The position numbers were made by a program, and so were the translations under genes. Shown here piece by piece: positions 21,087 to 31,064 of a DNA stretch of 64,000 bases. The notes under the pieces were generated by a model, which was given only the letters and a program-made list of their open reading frames with translations, did not search any database and had not been told where the DNA came from. Position 1 is the first letter of the stretch; the number at the start of each line of letters is the position of its first letter. The DNA is from Alkalilimnicola ehrlichii (GTDB taxonomy: Bacteria; Pseudomonadota; Gammaproteobacteria; Nitrococcales; AK92). The DNA lies in assembly GCF_003399765.1 (NCBI RefSeq), contig NZ_NFZV01000001.1, positions 345,704 to 409,703 on the forward strand. Reading direction: 5' to 3'.

Positions 21087-21537
21087 GAACAACGGCTTCG
21101 GCCTTGTCTCTCGGCAGAAGCAACATGGGAGGAAGGTGGCGCCGTTGCCGTCAGGCTGTGGTGTCGATGAGCGACTTCCGCGGTTGATTTCCGGTCTGGG
21201 TCTCTTCGTTAGCGCGTATTACGCCGGCGCCGGGGTGCGCTTGCTCGTCCGCAGCACGGCTGCTCACCGTTTCGGTGTCGTGGTCTTCACTGCGTGGCGT
21301 GCGCGCTCCGTGACGTGCCACCGCATGCCCATGCCGTTGTAGGCCTTCGTTAATAGCCTGGAACGCCTGCCAAGCCGGATTGAAGCCGTTGTTTATGTCC
21401 ATAAGTTCCTCCTTATGTGTTGATTATAGTACAGCTTTTGCGAGCAAGCGTCATTTTCTCCGTGGCTGCGAACTAGGGACAGACCATTTTTCTCCGAAAT
21501 GCTAAAATCCCCGACTTTTACGGGTATTGGAGGAACG

Positions 21538-22029
21538 ATGGCCGAACAATCGCCGGTGGTAGGCGTGATCATGGGCAGCAAATCGGATTGGGACACCATG
21601 CGTCATGCCGCCGAGGTGTTGGAAGAGTTCGGAGTGCCGCACGAGTGCCAGATCGTCTCGGCGCACCGGACGCCCGATCGTATGCAGGCGTATGCGGCGA
21701 GCGCTGCCGAGCGTAAGTTGGAAGTCATCATTGCCGGTGCCGGCGGTGCGGCCCATTTACCCGGCATGGTGGCGGCGCAGACGACCGTCCCGGTGCTTGG
21801 CGTCCCCGTGCAGAGCAAGGCACTTAACGGGCTCGATTCGCTGCTGTCTATCGTTCAAATGCCGGGTGGGATTCCGGTTGGGACCTTGGCGATCGGCGCG
21901 GCAGGAGCGCGCAACGCCGCTTTGCTGGCGATCGCCATTCTGGCCAATCAGCGGCCGGAGCTGCGTCAGCGGTTGGAAGCATTCCGCCTTGCTCAGTCGA
22001 ACCGTGTGAAAGAGGACACTTTGCCGTGA
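21538..22029 (+). CDS. purE: N5-carboxyaminoimidazole ribonucleotide mutase
   Basis: [18 protein letters not shown]...; overlaps purK by 4 nt. Confidence 0.9.
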   Translation: MAEQSPVVGVIMGSKSDWDTMRHAAEVLEEFGVPHECQIVSAHRTPDRMQAYAASAAERKLEVIIAGAGGAAHLPGMVAAQTTVPVLGVPVQSKALNGLDSLLSIVQMPGGIPVGTLAIGAAGARNAALLAIAILANQRPELRQRLEAFRLAQSNRVKEDTLP

Positions 22030-23162
22030 ATCGCGTGATTGCGCCGGGAGCCGTATTGGGTGTGCTGGGCAGTGGGCAGTTAGGTCGCATGTTTGCCATT
22101 GCGGCGCGGCGGATGGGTTACCGCGTGCACACCTTCTCGCCGGAGCAGGCGACGCCTACCGGCCAGATTGCCGATAAAGAAGTCGTCGCGGCGTACGAAG
22201 ATTTGGATGCCGTCGCGGCCTTTGCCAAAGACGTCGATGTGATCACCTTCGAGTTCGAGAACGTGCCGGCCGTCGCTTCTGAGTGCGCGGCGCAGTTCGT
22301 GCCCGTCGCCGGCGGCGAGGTGCTGCATACGACGCAGAACCGCTTGCGGGAGAAGACCTTTCTTCGCTTCAAAGGTATCCCAACGGCGCCGTTTGAGGCT
22401 ATTCGTAGTCTGGCAGAACTGCGAGCGGCGTTAGCGCGGATTGGCGCTCCGGCGGTTTTGAAAACGGCGGGTTTCGGCTACGACGGTAAAGGCCAGGCTG
22501 TGATCAAACACGTCGACGATGCACTAGCGGCTTGGCAGGCGATTGGCGAAGTCGAAGCCGTGTTGGAAGGTTTCATCGACTTCGAAGGCGAAGTGTCGGT
22601 CGTTGCCGCCCGCGGTTTGAACGGCGATTTCGCCCACTTCGGCGTGGTCGAGAACATTCACCGCAACCACATCCTGGACTTATCGATCCCGGATGCGCAA
22701 TTGCCTGCCTCGCTCCTGCAGGAAGCGGAGGACATCGCTCGCACGTTATTGGAAGCGTTGGACGTGATCGGGGTGCTGTGCGTCGAGTTCTTCGTTACCC
22801 GCGATGGTCGTCTGCTGGTGAATGAGTTGGCACCGCGGCCGCATAATTCCGGCCATTTCACCTTCGATGCCTGTGTATCGAGCCAGTTCGAACAACAAGT
22901 ACGTGCCGCTTGCGGATTGCCTTTGGGCGGTACCGATTTGTTGCGGCCGGCGGCAATGGTTAATCTGTTGGGCGACGTTTGGGAGCAGGGCGAGCCGAAT
23001 TGGGCCGCCGCCTGCGCCGAGCCGGCTGTAAAACTACACCTATACGGCAAGGCCGAGCCGCGCCCCGGTAGAAAAATGGGTCATCTGACCGCGTTCGGAG
23101 CCGATCGCGACGAGGCGGCCAAGAAAGCGCTGGCTGCGCGCGAGGCGTTGCTAAAGCGCTAG
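22026..23162 (+). CDS. purK: N5-carboxyaminoimidazole ribonucleotide synthase
   Basis: 378 aa; ATP-grasp fold; immediately downstream of purE. Confidence 0.9.
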   Translation: MNRVIAPGAVLGVLGSGQLGRMFAIAARRMGYRVHTFSPEQATPTGQIADKEVVAAYEDLDAVAAFAKDVDVITFEFENVPAVASECAAQFVPVAGGEVLHTTQNRLREKTFLRFKGIPTAPFEAIRSLAELRAALARIGAPAVLKTAGFGYDGKGQAVIKHVDDALAAWQAIGEVEAVLEGFIDFEGEVSVVAARGLNGDFAHFGVVENIHRNHILDLSIPDAQLPASLLQEAEDIARTLLEALDVIGVLCVEFFVTRDGRLLVNELAPRPHNSGHFTFDACVSSQFEQQVRAACGLPLGGTDLLRPAAMVNLLGDVWEQGEPNWAAACAEPAVKLHLYGKAEPRPGRKMGHLTAFGADRDEAAKKALAAREALLKR

Positions 23163-23226
23163 CAGTAGACCGCTGCTAAAAGCGCGAGGGTGTTGCGCAC
23201 TACTTCTTCTTTTAAAGGTGCCGCTT

Positions 23227-24156
23227 ATGTGGTTCAAGAATCTCTGTCTTTACCGCTTGCAAGAGCCGTTTCATCTGTCCGCCGAAGAACTGGAAGAAGC
23301 GCTGGCCGCGCATGCGTTCCAGGCCTGCGGCAAAATGGATATGAGCAGCCAAGGCTGGGTTTCGCCACTAGGGCGGGACGGCGAGGTTCTGGTGTGGGCC
23401 GCGGGCGGTTGCTACATGGTTTGCTTACAAGAGGAGAGCAAGCTGCTACCGCCGGCGGTGATCCGCGACACCTTGAGCGAGCGCGTCGCCGAAGTGGAAG
23501 AAAAAGAGCAGCGTAAAGTCCGTAAGCGGGAAAAGGACAACATGCGGGAAGAGATCTTCCACGAGTTGCTCCCGCGAGCGTTCTCGCGCTCCAAGCTGAC
23601 CTATGGCTACATCGATACGCAGGAAGGTTGGCTGGTCATCGACAGCGCTAGCTGGAAGCAAGCGGAGACGTTCAGCGAAATTTTGCGCGAGGCGATCTCT
23701 ACCTTGCCGATTACGCCGCCGGCCACTCAAAGCGCGCCGCAAAGCGTCATGACGCATTGGCTGGCGCAGGACGATATCCCGCACGATATCGAGCTCGGCG
23801 AAGAGGCGGTGTTCGAAGATCCGCAAACCGAAGGCTGCGAGATTCGTTGCAAACGGCAGGATCTTTATGCCGACGAGATCAAGGGGCACATCAAGTCCGG
23901 CAAACGTATTCGTCGCTTGGCGGTGACCTGGAACGAGCGCTTGGGGTGCGTGTTGGATGCCGATACCTCGCTTAAGCGTTTGAAGTTTCTCGACATCGTG
24001 CAGGAAGAAATGGGCGATCGCGAGATGGAGAGCGCAGCGGAGCGGTTCGATGCCGACTTCAGCTTGATGAGTCTGGAGCTCAAACGCTTCCTGCCGCGCT
24101 TGCTCGAATTGTACGGCGGCGAGGAAAAGTCGCCGAACGACCGGCTTGCCGGTTAA
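23227..24156 (+). CDS. rdgC: recombination-associated protein RdgC
   Basis: MWFKNLCLYRL... is the typical RdgC N-terminus; about 310 aa. Confidence 0.85.
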   Translation: MWFKNLCLYRLQEPFHLSAEELEEALAAHAFQACGKMDMSSQGWVSPLGRDGEVLVWAAGGCYMVCLQEESKLLPPAVIRDTLSERVAEVEEKEQRKVRKREKDNMREEIFHELLPRAFSRSKLTYGYIDTQEGWLVIDSASWKQAETFSEILREAISTLPITPPATQSAPQSVMTHWLAQDDIPHDIELGEEAVFEDPQTEGCEIRCKRQDLYADEIKGHIKSGKRIRRLAVTWNERLGCVLDADTSLKRLKFLDIVQEEMGDREMESAAERFDADFSLMSLELKRFLPRLLELYGGEEKSPNDRLAG

Positions 24157-24159
24157 GTA

Positions 24160-24205
24160 AAAAATCTCCGGAGCGAAGCCTTAGCTTCGCTCCGGTTTAG
24201 TTTCT
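24160..24205. terminator. bidirectional rho-independent terminator between rdgC and the deacetylase gene
   Basis: CCGGAGCGAAGC-ctta-GCTTCGCTCCGG hairpin with an A-run upstream and a T-run downstream. Confidence 0.7.
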
Positions 24206-24215
24206 TTCCCGCCGA

Positions 24216-25346
24216 TCAAAAACGATCGCAGTCGCGCCATTCGAGCTCCGCTGCGTAAGCGAACTCGATCAAATCCGGTAATACGGATAAGGCCTTGGCC
24301 TGGGTGTCGTGGAACAAGATAATCCCCTGCCGGCGCACCAGCATCAGTTTCTTGATGCGTTCCAGCATACTCTCCGAGCCGATCCGTCGGTTCCAGTCCT
24401 GCGAGTCGATATTCCACAGCACGAGCGGGTCGGCTGTCGCGTGGACGTGCGATGCGATGGCGGCATTGCGCTGCCCATAGGGAGGGCGGAAAGCAACCGT
24501 TTCCTGCTCGGGGAAGAGCTGAAGGATGAGGCGGCGCGTATCGTCGATGGAGGCTTGCCAGTCCGTCCACCGGGGGTGGGCATTATGCGCCATCCCGTGC
24601 GAGGCCAGGCAGTGATGCTCATACAGCGATGCAAGTGCTGCGGGCGAGGTCGCCTGCTTGCGCCGTTGGAGGCTTTCGCCGAGCACGAAGAACAATGCCG
24701 GGACTTTGTGCTCATTGAGTAGCGCGATATAGCGATCGGTATGACCGCCCGCCGTTGTCGGGCCATCGTCGAAACTGAGCAGGAACTGGCCGTCGTCTAA
24801 CTCGTCGCCTAGCCATTCCCCGTCGTCGAAGCGCAGAATCTCGCTGCTCGGAGAGGGGAAAAGCGCTGCCAAGCGCCATTGTTCGCGAAAATACGCCGTG
24901 TAGAAGGCCTGGCTATGCGTTAACCAAGCTGCATAGTCGGGATGAGTGGCGGCGGTCTCGGCATACGATTGGCCGAACGCGACCAGCTCGTCCCAGCTTG
25001 CGCCGGAAAAACCGCAGCTTCTGTCCTGTGACGAGCAAGACGTCGATGCCTGCCGAAAGCCGTCTAGCCACTGCCGACGTGTCGCCTCCAGCCATTGTTC
25101 CACCGACGCTTCGTGAAGTCGCCGAATGCCAAGCGCGTCGGCATTCGGGTTGTGTTGAATTAGCGTATCCAGAACAGTGGCGGATACCAGCAGCTCGGCC
25201 CGTGAGGCGGCGTCGAAAGCCGTTCGACTCTCAATCGCATGGGGCCATAGCCCGGCTTTTCCCTGGGCGAGGCTCGTTGGGCCGGCCGCATTTGCCGGCC
25301 CAACGAACAGCAGCAGGCCCATCAACAACGCTAGACGAATACGCAT
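24216..25346 (-). CDS. secreted polysaccharide deacetylase (NodB-homology domain)
   Basis: signal peptide MRIRLALLMGLLLFVGPANA; NodB motifs LSFDDGP and ASHGMAH. Confidence 0.7.
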   Translation of the reverse strand: MRIRLALLMGLLLFVGPANAAGPTSLAQGKAGLWPHAIESRTAFDAASRAELLVSATVLDTLIQHNPNADALGIRRLHEASVEQWLEATRRQWLDGFRQASTSCSSQDRSCGFSGASWDELVAFGQSYAETAATHPDYAAWLTHSQAFYTAYFREQWRLAALFPSPSSEILRFDDGEWLGDELDDGQFLLSFDDGPTTAGGHTDRYIALLNEHKVPALFFVLGESLQRRKQATSPAALASLYEHHCLASHGMAHNAHPRWTDWQASIDDTRRLILQLFPEQETVAFRPPYGQRNAAIASHVHATADPLVLWNIDSQDWNRRIGSESMLERIKKLMLVRRQGIILFHDTQAKALSVLPDLIEFAYAAELEWRDCDRF

Positions 25347-25347
25347 A

Positions 25348-26559
25348 TTACTCACCGCTCAAGCGTGCGCGCATCCGCTCAATGCCGTTGGTGTAGGCTC
25401 TATGCTCGCGTAAATCGAGTGCTTCTTGATAATGCCTGAGGGCGTCTTCCCACGCCGCGTTCGCTTCGTAAATGCGGGCGATATTGAAGTGCGAGCTTGC
25501 TTTGATGGTGGCCGCGTTGGCCCCGGAGGCCAGCGCGATGGCTTTTCGGTTGACAAATAAACCTTCCGCGCTTTTCTCTAAGCGCATATAAAGTACACCC
25601 AGATTGCTATAGGCCTGAGCGTGATCGGGGTAGTAGTCGATGGCCCTGAGGAAATGTCGCTCGGCTTCTTCCAGATCGCCGGCCTGATAGGCTGTTTCGC
25701 CCTGGCGATTGGCGGCGTCCGCTCGCATCTGCTGGGCGCGCTCGATCGTCGGCATGGAGGCGAGAGACGCCTGATCGATATAGCGCTCCATGGCCGAGCC
25801 GATTGCCTCCAGGCTGTCGAGGTTTAAGGTAAGGCCGAGGTCGTAGAACTCGCCGTCCTCGCCGATCATGAAAACCCACCATGTGTTGCCAGTCCGGTTG
25901 GGGGCGAGGGTGAACGTACGGATAAGGGTTGAACCGACGTAGACATTGACCCGCGCGTTACTGGCCGCCAAGGAGGTGCTTTCGGGCCTCGAAGTCGCGC
26001 TGTAATTGTGTACGCCGTACAAATAGCGAACGCCATGCCGACGGTTATGGATGGTGATCGTCTCGGGGCCGTATCCGTCCTGTTGGTCGATATCGAGTTG
26101 GGCGTGCTGACCGCGTGGGTTTGCGTAGTTGATGTGACCGCCTGAGCTGAATAGGTGGGCGTCGAGGTCTGCCGGCTCGCTGCCCCATTGCAGGACAATG
26201 CGCACGTCTTCCAGCTCCGTAAGAATCGGGCTCATCGCATAGGTCAGGCCGCCGCATGGGCAGTGTGCCACCAGGTTCGAGTACCCCGCCCGCCGAATGA
26301 TGAGGGTGGCATCGTCGCCGGCCGAGAGCGCCGATGTCGGTATCCGCGCGATGCCGCGGCTATCGGTATAGACCCGCTCCGAGGCGGCGCCAGGCACTTG
26401 GGTGATCACTTCGGCGTCCGCAATGACTTCGCCGTCGGTGACGGCACTCAGGACTTGGAGGTAGGAGCTGTGCAGGCGACCTTGTTGAGCATGGGCAAGC
26501 GCAAACGGCAGCAGAAGGCAGGCGGCCAATAAAACGCGGAGGGTGACGGTAGCGTTCAA
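25348..26559 (-). CDS. secreted protein with a YfaP-like (DUF2135) domain and C-terminal TPR repeats
   Basis: signal peptide; RIVLQWGSEPADLDAHLF...QLDIDQQDGYGPETITI; TPR-like C-terminus. Confidence 0.5.
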   Translation of the reverse strand: MNATVTLRVLLAACLLLPFALAHAQQGRLHSSYLQVLSAVTDGEVIADAEVITQVPGAASERVYTDSRGIARIPTSALSAGDDATLIIRRAGYSNLVAHCPCGGLTYAMSPILTELEDVRIVLQWGSEPADLDAHLFSSGGHINYANPRGQHAQLDIDQQDGYGPETITIHNRRHGVRYLYGVHNYSATSRPESTSLAASNARVNVYVGSTLIRTFTLAPNRTGNTWWVFMIGEDGEFYDLGLTLNLDSLEAIGSAMERYIDQASLASMPTIERAQQMRADAANRQGETAYQAGDLEEAERHFLRAIDYYPDHAQAYSNLGVLYMRLEKSAEGLFVNRKAIALASGANAATIKASSHFNIARIYEANAAWEDALRHYQEALDLREHRAYTNGIERMRARLSGE

Positions 26560-26722
26560 CGTGGGACTCTCTTCATTTATTTTTCGAAATGGCCTTTTTA
26601 GCGACCACTCTGTGCCGCTGCATCACACGACGTGTGAGTAGAGATAGCTAATATTACTGTACCCGAAACAGGAATCCAGCGCCCGACGGGCGCGCTTTTT
26701 CGCAAAGGGGAGGCAAAGCTGC

Positions 26723-27742
26723 CTACCCCAGTGTCAGTACCTGTTTATTCCCTTGCATTTCGCGAGCGATCCGGTGTCCGGTTAAGCGCTCGATCAGGGC
26801 GCTGTTGGTCTGAGCGTGGCTCGACAGCGGGCCGCAAGAGAAGCTTCCGCCGCCGGCGGCTACCATGGGAAGCATGATCTGATCGGCCAAGTGCTCGCAA
26901 AGCGCGGCGTCGCCATCCAGGTGGCGGCTCACCCGATGGGCCAGATTCTCGGCCACTCGTTCCGCCCGCAGGCGGTGTTTGCCCAGCTCGGCAAAACACA
27001 GCTGGACATTGCGAAACTGTAGCTCGTGGCTGAGCAGGTTACCGGGGCAGGTGGCCTTCGGGTAACGGATGTCATAGGTCGTATCGGCAAGCCGGCACAT
27101 TTTTCGATAGCTGTGAATTTCTCGCTCGGCCACCTCGTGACGAATATTGCTGAGATAGGCCGTTACCCGGCTATGGACTAGCTCGCCCCTATCCGTAATT
27201 TGAATAGGGTGTAGGGGGCCGGGGGAGAGGCTGGCGACCCATTGGCCGCCGCCTGCTGGAAAGTAACCCCAGCGCTCGATGTCAATTTCAAGTTTGGCGC
27301 CCATGGCCTTGAGCAGCGGCAAAAAGGCCGCGGTCAGGAAGGTCAGGGGCGGTGCCATGGGATTATGGGTGCCGCCGGTAAAACGGACCTTTGACGCCCC
27401 CGAGGCGTTTAGCAATGGCAGAAACACGGTCTGAAATACCAGCGTGGTACTGCCGGCGCTGCCGACATCGAAATGATAATTGCCGGCGGCGACCGCACCC
27501 GGCTCGAAGCGGAGCGCCTGCGAGCCAAGTTCGGCGCCGGAAACCTCGGCGTTGCAAATCGCCTGGGCGGCGTTTACGCAAGCTAAGTGTTGACGCATCA
27601 AGCCGGGCTTGGAGCGGTTGCGGCGAATGTTCGTGAGGGAGATGCTCAAGCCGTACAGCATCGCCAGCGTCAGGCTGGTGCGGAGGATTTGGCCTCCGCC
27701 TTCGCCCTCGCTACCGTCGATTTCTATTGTTCTTATCGGCAC
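26723..27742 (-). CDS. rtcA: RNA 3'-terminal phosphate cyclase
   Basis: 339 aa; GGGQILRTSLTLAML...GSAGSTTLVFQTV matches RtcA along its whole length. Confidence 0.9.
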   Translation of the reverse strand: MPIRTIEIDGSEGEGGGQILRTSLTLAMLYGLSISLTNIRRNRSKPGLMRQHLACVNAAQAICNAEVSGAELGSQALRFEPGAVAAGNYHFDVGSAGSTTLVFQTVFLPLLNASGASKVRFTGGTHNPMAPPLTFLTAAFLPLLKAMGAKLEIDIERWGYFPAGGGQWVASLSPGPLHPIQITDRGELVHSRVTAYLSNIRHEVAEREIHSYRKMCRLADTTYDIRYPKATCPGNLLSHELQFRNVQLCFAELGKHRLRAERVAENLAHRVSRHLDGDAALCEHLADQIMLPMVAAGGGSFSCGPLSSHAQTNSALIERLTGHRIAREMQGNKQVLTLG

Positions 27743-27747
27743 GACGG

Positions 27748-28966
27748 TTACCCTTTCACGCAGACAACTTGCTTAAGTGTGTAGACGATTTCCACCAGAT
27801 CCTTTTGGGCCGCCATCACCGCGTCGATGTCTTTATAGGCGGCCGGCGTTTCGTCCACCACACCGGCATCTTTGCGACACTCCACGCCTTGGGTGGCCTC
27901 GGCATGTTGCTCGACGGATACCCGCTTCTTCGCTTCGGTGCGAGACATGACGCGTCCGGCACCGTGGCTGCACGTGCAGAAGCTTTCTTCGTTACCCAGC
28001 CCCTCACAATGAAAGAGCGCGCGCCCATACTGCCGGGGATAATGCCCAATTCGTCCTTTTTCGCGGAAACCGCGCCCTTACGCGTCAGAAGTACGTCTTT
28101 GCCGTAGTGGTGTTCGCGGGCAACGTAGTTGTGGTGGCAGTTTACCGCTTGCTCGACGCCGAGTACGCGACGCTCCAGCGTTTTTGCCACGGCATCGAGC
28201 GTGCGCTGCATCATGATCTCTCGGTTGATGCGGGCGTAATCTTGGGCCCAAGCGACGGCTTCGACGTAGTCGTTGAAGTGTGCGGTGCCTTCCGACAGGT
28301 ACGCCAGGTCTTTATCGGGCAGATTGACGAACATACGTTCCATGTCCTTCTTCGCCAGCTCGATAAAGTGAGTGCCGATACGGTTGCCGACGCCGCGCGA
28401 GCCGGAATGCAGCATGACCCATACGGACTGGTGTTCGTCCAGGCATAGCTCTATGAAGTGGTTGCCGGTGCCCAGCGTCCCCAGATGATTCGCGTTGTTG
28501 GTTTTCTTCAGTACCCGGTGCTTTTCCGCCAGCACGTCGAAGCGTGCCGAGAGTTGCTCCTTCCAGGCATGGGAGACGACCTCGGGCAGGTCATGCCAAG
28601 CGCCGCGATCTCTTTTGCCACGGGTGCTGGAACGCCCGTGGGGAACTGCGCGCTCAATCGCAGTGCGCAGCGGGGCGAGGTTATCGGGTAGATCGCGAGC
28701 TTTCAGGTCAGTCTTCACCGCCATCATTCCGCAGCCGATATCAACGCCCACCGCTGCCGGAATCACAGCTCCGACGGTGGGGATAACGGAGCCGATAGTA
28801 GCCCCTTTGCCAAGGTGAACATCCGGCATCGCCGCGACCCATTGATGGACAAAGGGCAGCGAGGCGATGTTTTTAGTTGTTGCCGGGCCTTATCTTCAAA
28901 CGGCACCCCGAGCGTCCAGCTCTTGATCGGAACGCCGTTGTCGACGTTGGTCATTTCGTAGTTCAT
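27748..28966 (-). CDS. rtcB: RNA-splicing ligase RtcB, two apparent 1-nt homopolymer frameshifts (~28035 and ~28867)
   Basis: three ORF pieces (28763-28966, 27816-28829, 27748-27948) align end to end with E. coli RtcB (MNYE..., MPDVHLGKG, C-terminal VECRKDAG...VVCVKG); one extra A in an A5 run and one extra G in a G4 run restore a ~407-aa protein. Confidence 0.85.
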
Positions 28967-28996
28967 ACCGCTCTTTCCTGTCTGTGAATTCTAAAC

Positions 28997-29019
28997 TGGG
29001 GATTACACGTATCGTGCCA
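28997..29019 (-). promoter_or_regulatory. candidate sigma54 (-24/-12) promoter for rtcBA
   Basis: minus-strand TGGCACG-atac-GTGTA about 30 nt upstream of the rtcB start; the -12 element deviates from TTGC. Confidence 0.3.
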
Positions 29020-29113
29020 ACGGCTCCGTGTGGCCCTAACGTTTTGATGCGAAAGAGGATGCAGTTTTTCCAGTGCCTAGAGAGTTGTGTCTAAAGCTAT
29101 CGAAAAAGATACG

Positions 29114-30724
29114 CTAAACGCTTTTTCGATCGGTCAGCTCTTCGAAGCTTAGGTTGAATTTGGCCAACATCTGTCGGAGACGGTGAGAGTCGTTGGTGGA
29201 ACGCTTGCGGGTGCGGGAGCGGTTAAACAGCAGGCGTCCGGCGTCGGAGAGGCTGCGGCATTGGGAGCAGACATCGATGATTTTAAGCAGTTGCCATTGG
29301 TCCAGCAGATCGATCTCCTGAAGCTCCGCTTCCGGAATATAATCGGCCAGATCGATGTTTGCTTCCGGTCCATGCGTTTGACTTCGGGGCTGCCAGTGAC
29401 GCTTGAGGCGGCCGATCTCGTCGTTAACGTTTTGCTCGGTGATTCTGCCGCCGTCCGCCAGGGTGCTCATCCGCTGAATCGCTGCATTCAGGTCGCGGAA
29501 GTTGCCGCGCCAGGTGGCCTCGGGGCTGAGGGCAAAGTCGAGAAAGCGCTGGCGCGCGGCTTTGTTGAGGCTCACTTTGTGGCCGTGCTGGATTTCCGCT
29601 TGCTGTAGTTCGTAATCGAGGTTTGGCTCAATATCCTCGCGACGATCTTTGAGGCCGGGGAGTCGATAAGACCACAGGTTGATGCGGGTCAGTAAGTCTT
29701 CCCGAAACTCGCCCCGCTGCACCTGCGTATGAAGGTCGCGATTGGTGCCGGCGATTAGCTGAAAGTCGCTTGCCTGCGGCGTGTCGGAGCCGACCGGATA
29801 AAACTGCTTCTCTTCTATGGCGTGCAGCAGCATGGCTTGCTCGTCCAGCCCCAGTTCACCGATTTCGTCGAGAAACAGCAGGCCGCGGTTCGCCTTGGAT
29901 AGCAACCCTTGGCGGGCGTGCTGGGCGCCGGTGAAGGCGCCTCGGGTGTGGCCGAACAAGGCCGACATGGCGCCATCGCCGCGAATGGTAGCGCAGTTGA
30001 CGGCGACGAACTCTCCTTCGATGAGCGAGCGTTTTCGCTTGAGTTCATAGATACGCTTGGCGAGCTGGGATTTGCCCGCCCCCGTGGGGCCAGTGATGAG
30101 GATCGGTGCCGTAGAGCGGATGGCGACCTTCTCGACCTGCTGGATGAGCTCATTGAAAGCCCGGTTGCGGGTGGCAATTCCGGACTTAAGAAATTCCGTG
30201 CCCTCCAGATGCTGGTTTCGGAAGCGGGAGTTGATGAGGTCGTATTTTGATAGATCGAGATCGATGATCTGGTGGTTGCCGGCCGCGCATCTCTCGCCCC
30301 GCGTCGGCGAGGTTTGGAGGATTTGCGCCGGTATGTAATTGGCTTCGCAGAGCAAAAACCAGCAGATCTGCGCCACGTGGGAGCCGGTGGTGATATGCAG
30401 CAGGTAGCGCTCTTCCTGAGGCTTGAAAGGATAGTTTTCGGCAAAGTCCAGCAGAGTGCTATAGACGTGCTCGAAATCCCAGGCATCGGTAAAGTTGATC
30501 TCGGTGAGCTTAACCTCGCTTCCCGGCGATACGGTTTCTATATCGGCGCCGATGTTGTTGGCTAGCCGTTCGTCCCGCCGGTCATGCAGCAACTCCAGCC
30601 GATCGACGATCAGATCCTCTTGCATGAAAATGCCTACCGTAGGTCGCCAAGCATCCCACCGTTTAACGCCTTTTCCCTTATTGTCCATGACGGAGCCGAG
30701 CAGCCCGATGACGACGGTTTTCAT
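29114..30724 (-). CDS. rtcR: sigma54-dependent transcriptional activator RtcR (CARF + AAA+ + HTH)
   Basis: aligns with E. coli RtcR from MKTVVIGLLGSV... through GAGKS, GAFTGA and ESELFGH-like motifs to the C-terminus; start at MKTVV, with the upstream extension of the ORF rejected. Confidence 0.9.
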   Translation of the reverse strand: MKTVVIGLLGSVMDNKGKGVKRWDAWRPTVGIFMQEDLIVDRLELLHDRRDERLANNIGADIETVSPGSEVKLTEINFTDAWDFEHVYSTLLDFAENYPFKPQEERYLLHITTGSHVAQICWFLLCEANYIPAQILQTSPTRGERCAAGNHQIIDLDLSKYDLINSRFRNQHLEGTEFLKSGIATRNRAFNELIQQVEKVAIRSTAPILITGPTGAGKSQLAKRIYELKRKRSLIEGEFVAVNCATIRGDGAMSALFGHTRGAFTGAQHARQGLLSKANRGLLFLDEIGELGLDEQAMLLHAIEEKQFYPVGSDTPQASDFQLIAGTNRDLHTQVQRGEFREDLLTRINLWSYRLPGLKDRREDIEPNLDYELQQAEIQHGHKVSLNKAARQRFLDFALSPEATWRGNFRDLNAAIQRMSTLADGGRITEQNVNDEIGRLKRHWQPRSQTHGPEANIDLADYIPEAELQEIDLLDQWQLLKIIDVCSQCRSLSDAGRLLFNRSRTRKRSTNDSHRLRQMLAKFNLSFEELTDRKSV

Positions 30725-30871
30725 ATTATCTATCTCGATAAAAATTATTCTAATTCGATAATTATTATCGAGCTGTTCCTCTTTTGCAATTCCAACGTTT
30801 TTTCGTGAATGAGCGTGTGATTTTTTTAAAAACAGAGGGTTAAATTTTTCTGCTGGGCTTTCTGAACAACT

Positions 30872-30887
30872 TGGCACGTTCATTGAT
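30872..30887 (+). promoter_or_regulatory. candidate sigma54 promoter divergent from rtcR, directed at the tRNA-like element
   Basis: TGGCACG-ttca-TTGAT with consensus -24 GG spacing; lies in the AT-rich rtcR upstream region, which also holds the palindrome CGATAAAAATTATTC/GAATAATTATTATCG (30727-30775). Confidence 0.4.
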
Positions 30888-30992
30888 ACCTCTCCTGCGA
30901 CTGCGGGATCGGCCACTACAGGGTTCTGATTCAAACGTCAGACCGGCATCGGTTTCCATGAAACTGGATGTTCCGCCACCCCGCAATCGCCG

Positions 30993-31064
30993 CGCTTGTT
31001 AGCTCAGCGGGTAGAGCAATCAGTACAGACTGATCGGTCGCAGGTTCGACTCCTGCACAAGCTC
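30993..31064 (+). ncRNA. tRNA-like element, degenerate tRNA or Y-RNA-like module
   Basis: cloverleaf with a D-arm (GCTC-agcgggta-GAGC), a 5-bp anticodon stem enclosing only a 6-nt loop (tacaga), a T-arm (GCAGG-TTCGACT-CCTGC) and a 6/7-bp acceptor stem with a C:T mismatch; no encoded CCA; a second T-arm copy at 31081-31097. Confidence 0.5.

Noticed and set aside
21151-21402. 83-aa minus-strand ORF (MDINNGFNPAWQAFQAINEGLQR...) between the HDOD gene and purE
   Set aside because: Only the first ~25 residues look protein-like. The remainder is low-complexity, there is no RBS, and it overlaps an equally unconvincing + strand ORF. It was left unannotated.
26640-26720. Hairpin GCGCCCG-acg-GGCGCGC + TTTTT as the terminator of rtcA
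   Set aside because: The T-run follows the hairpin on the + strand, whereas rtcA is on the minus strand. On the minus strand the hairpin is followed by a T-poor sequence, so it is not a convincing rtcA terminator.
30724-30934. Upstream 70-codon extension of the rtcR ORF (MNQNPVVADP...)
   Set aside because: Homology to RtcR begins at MKTVVIG (30724). The extension lies in AT-rich promoter-like DNA with no similarity to anything and would remove the divergent regulatory region.
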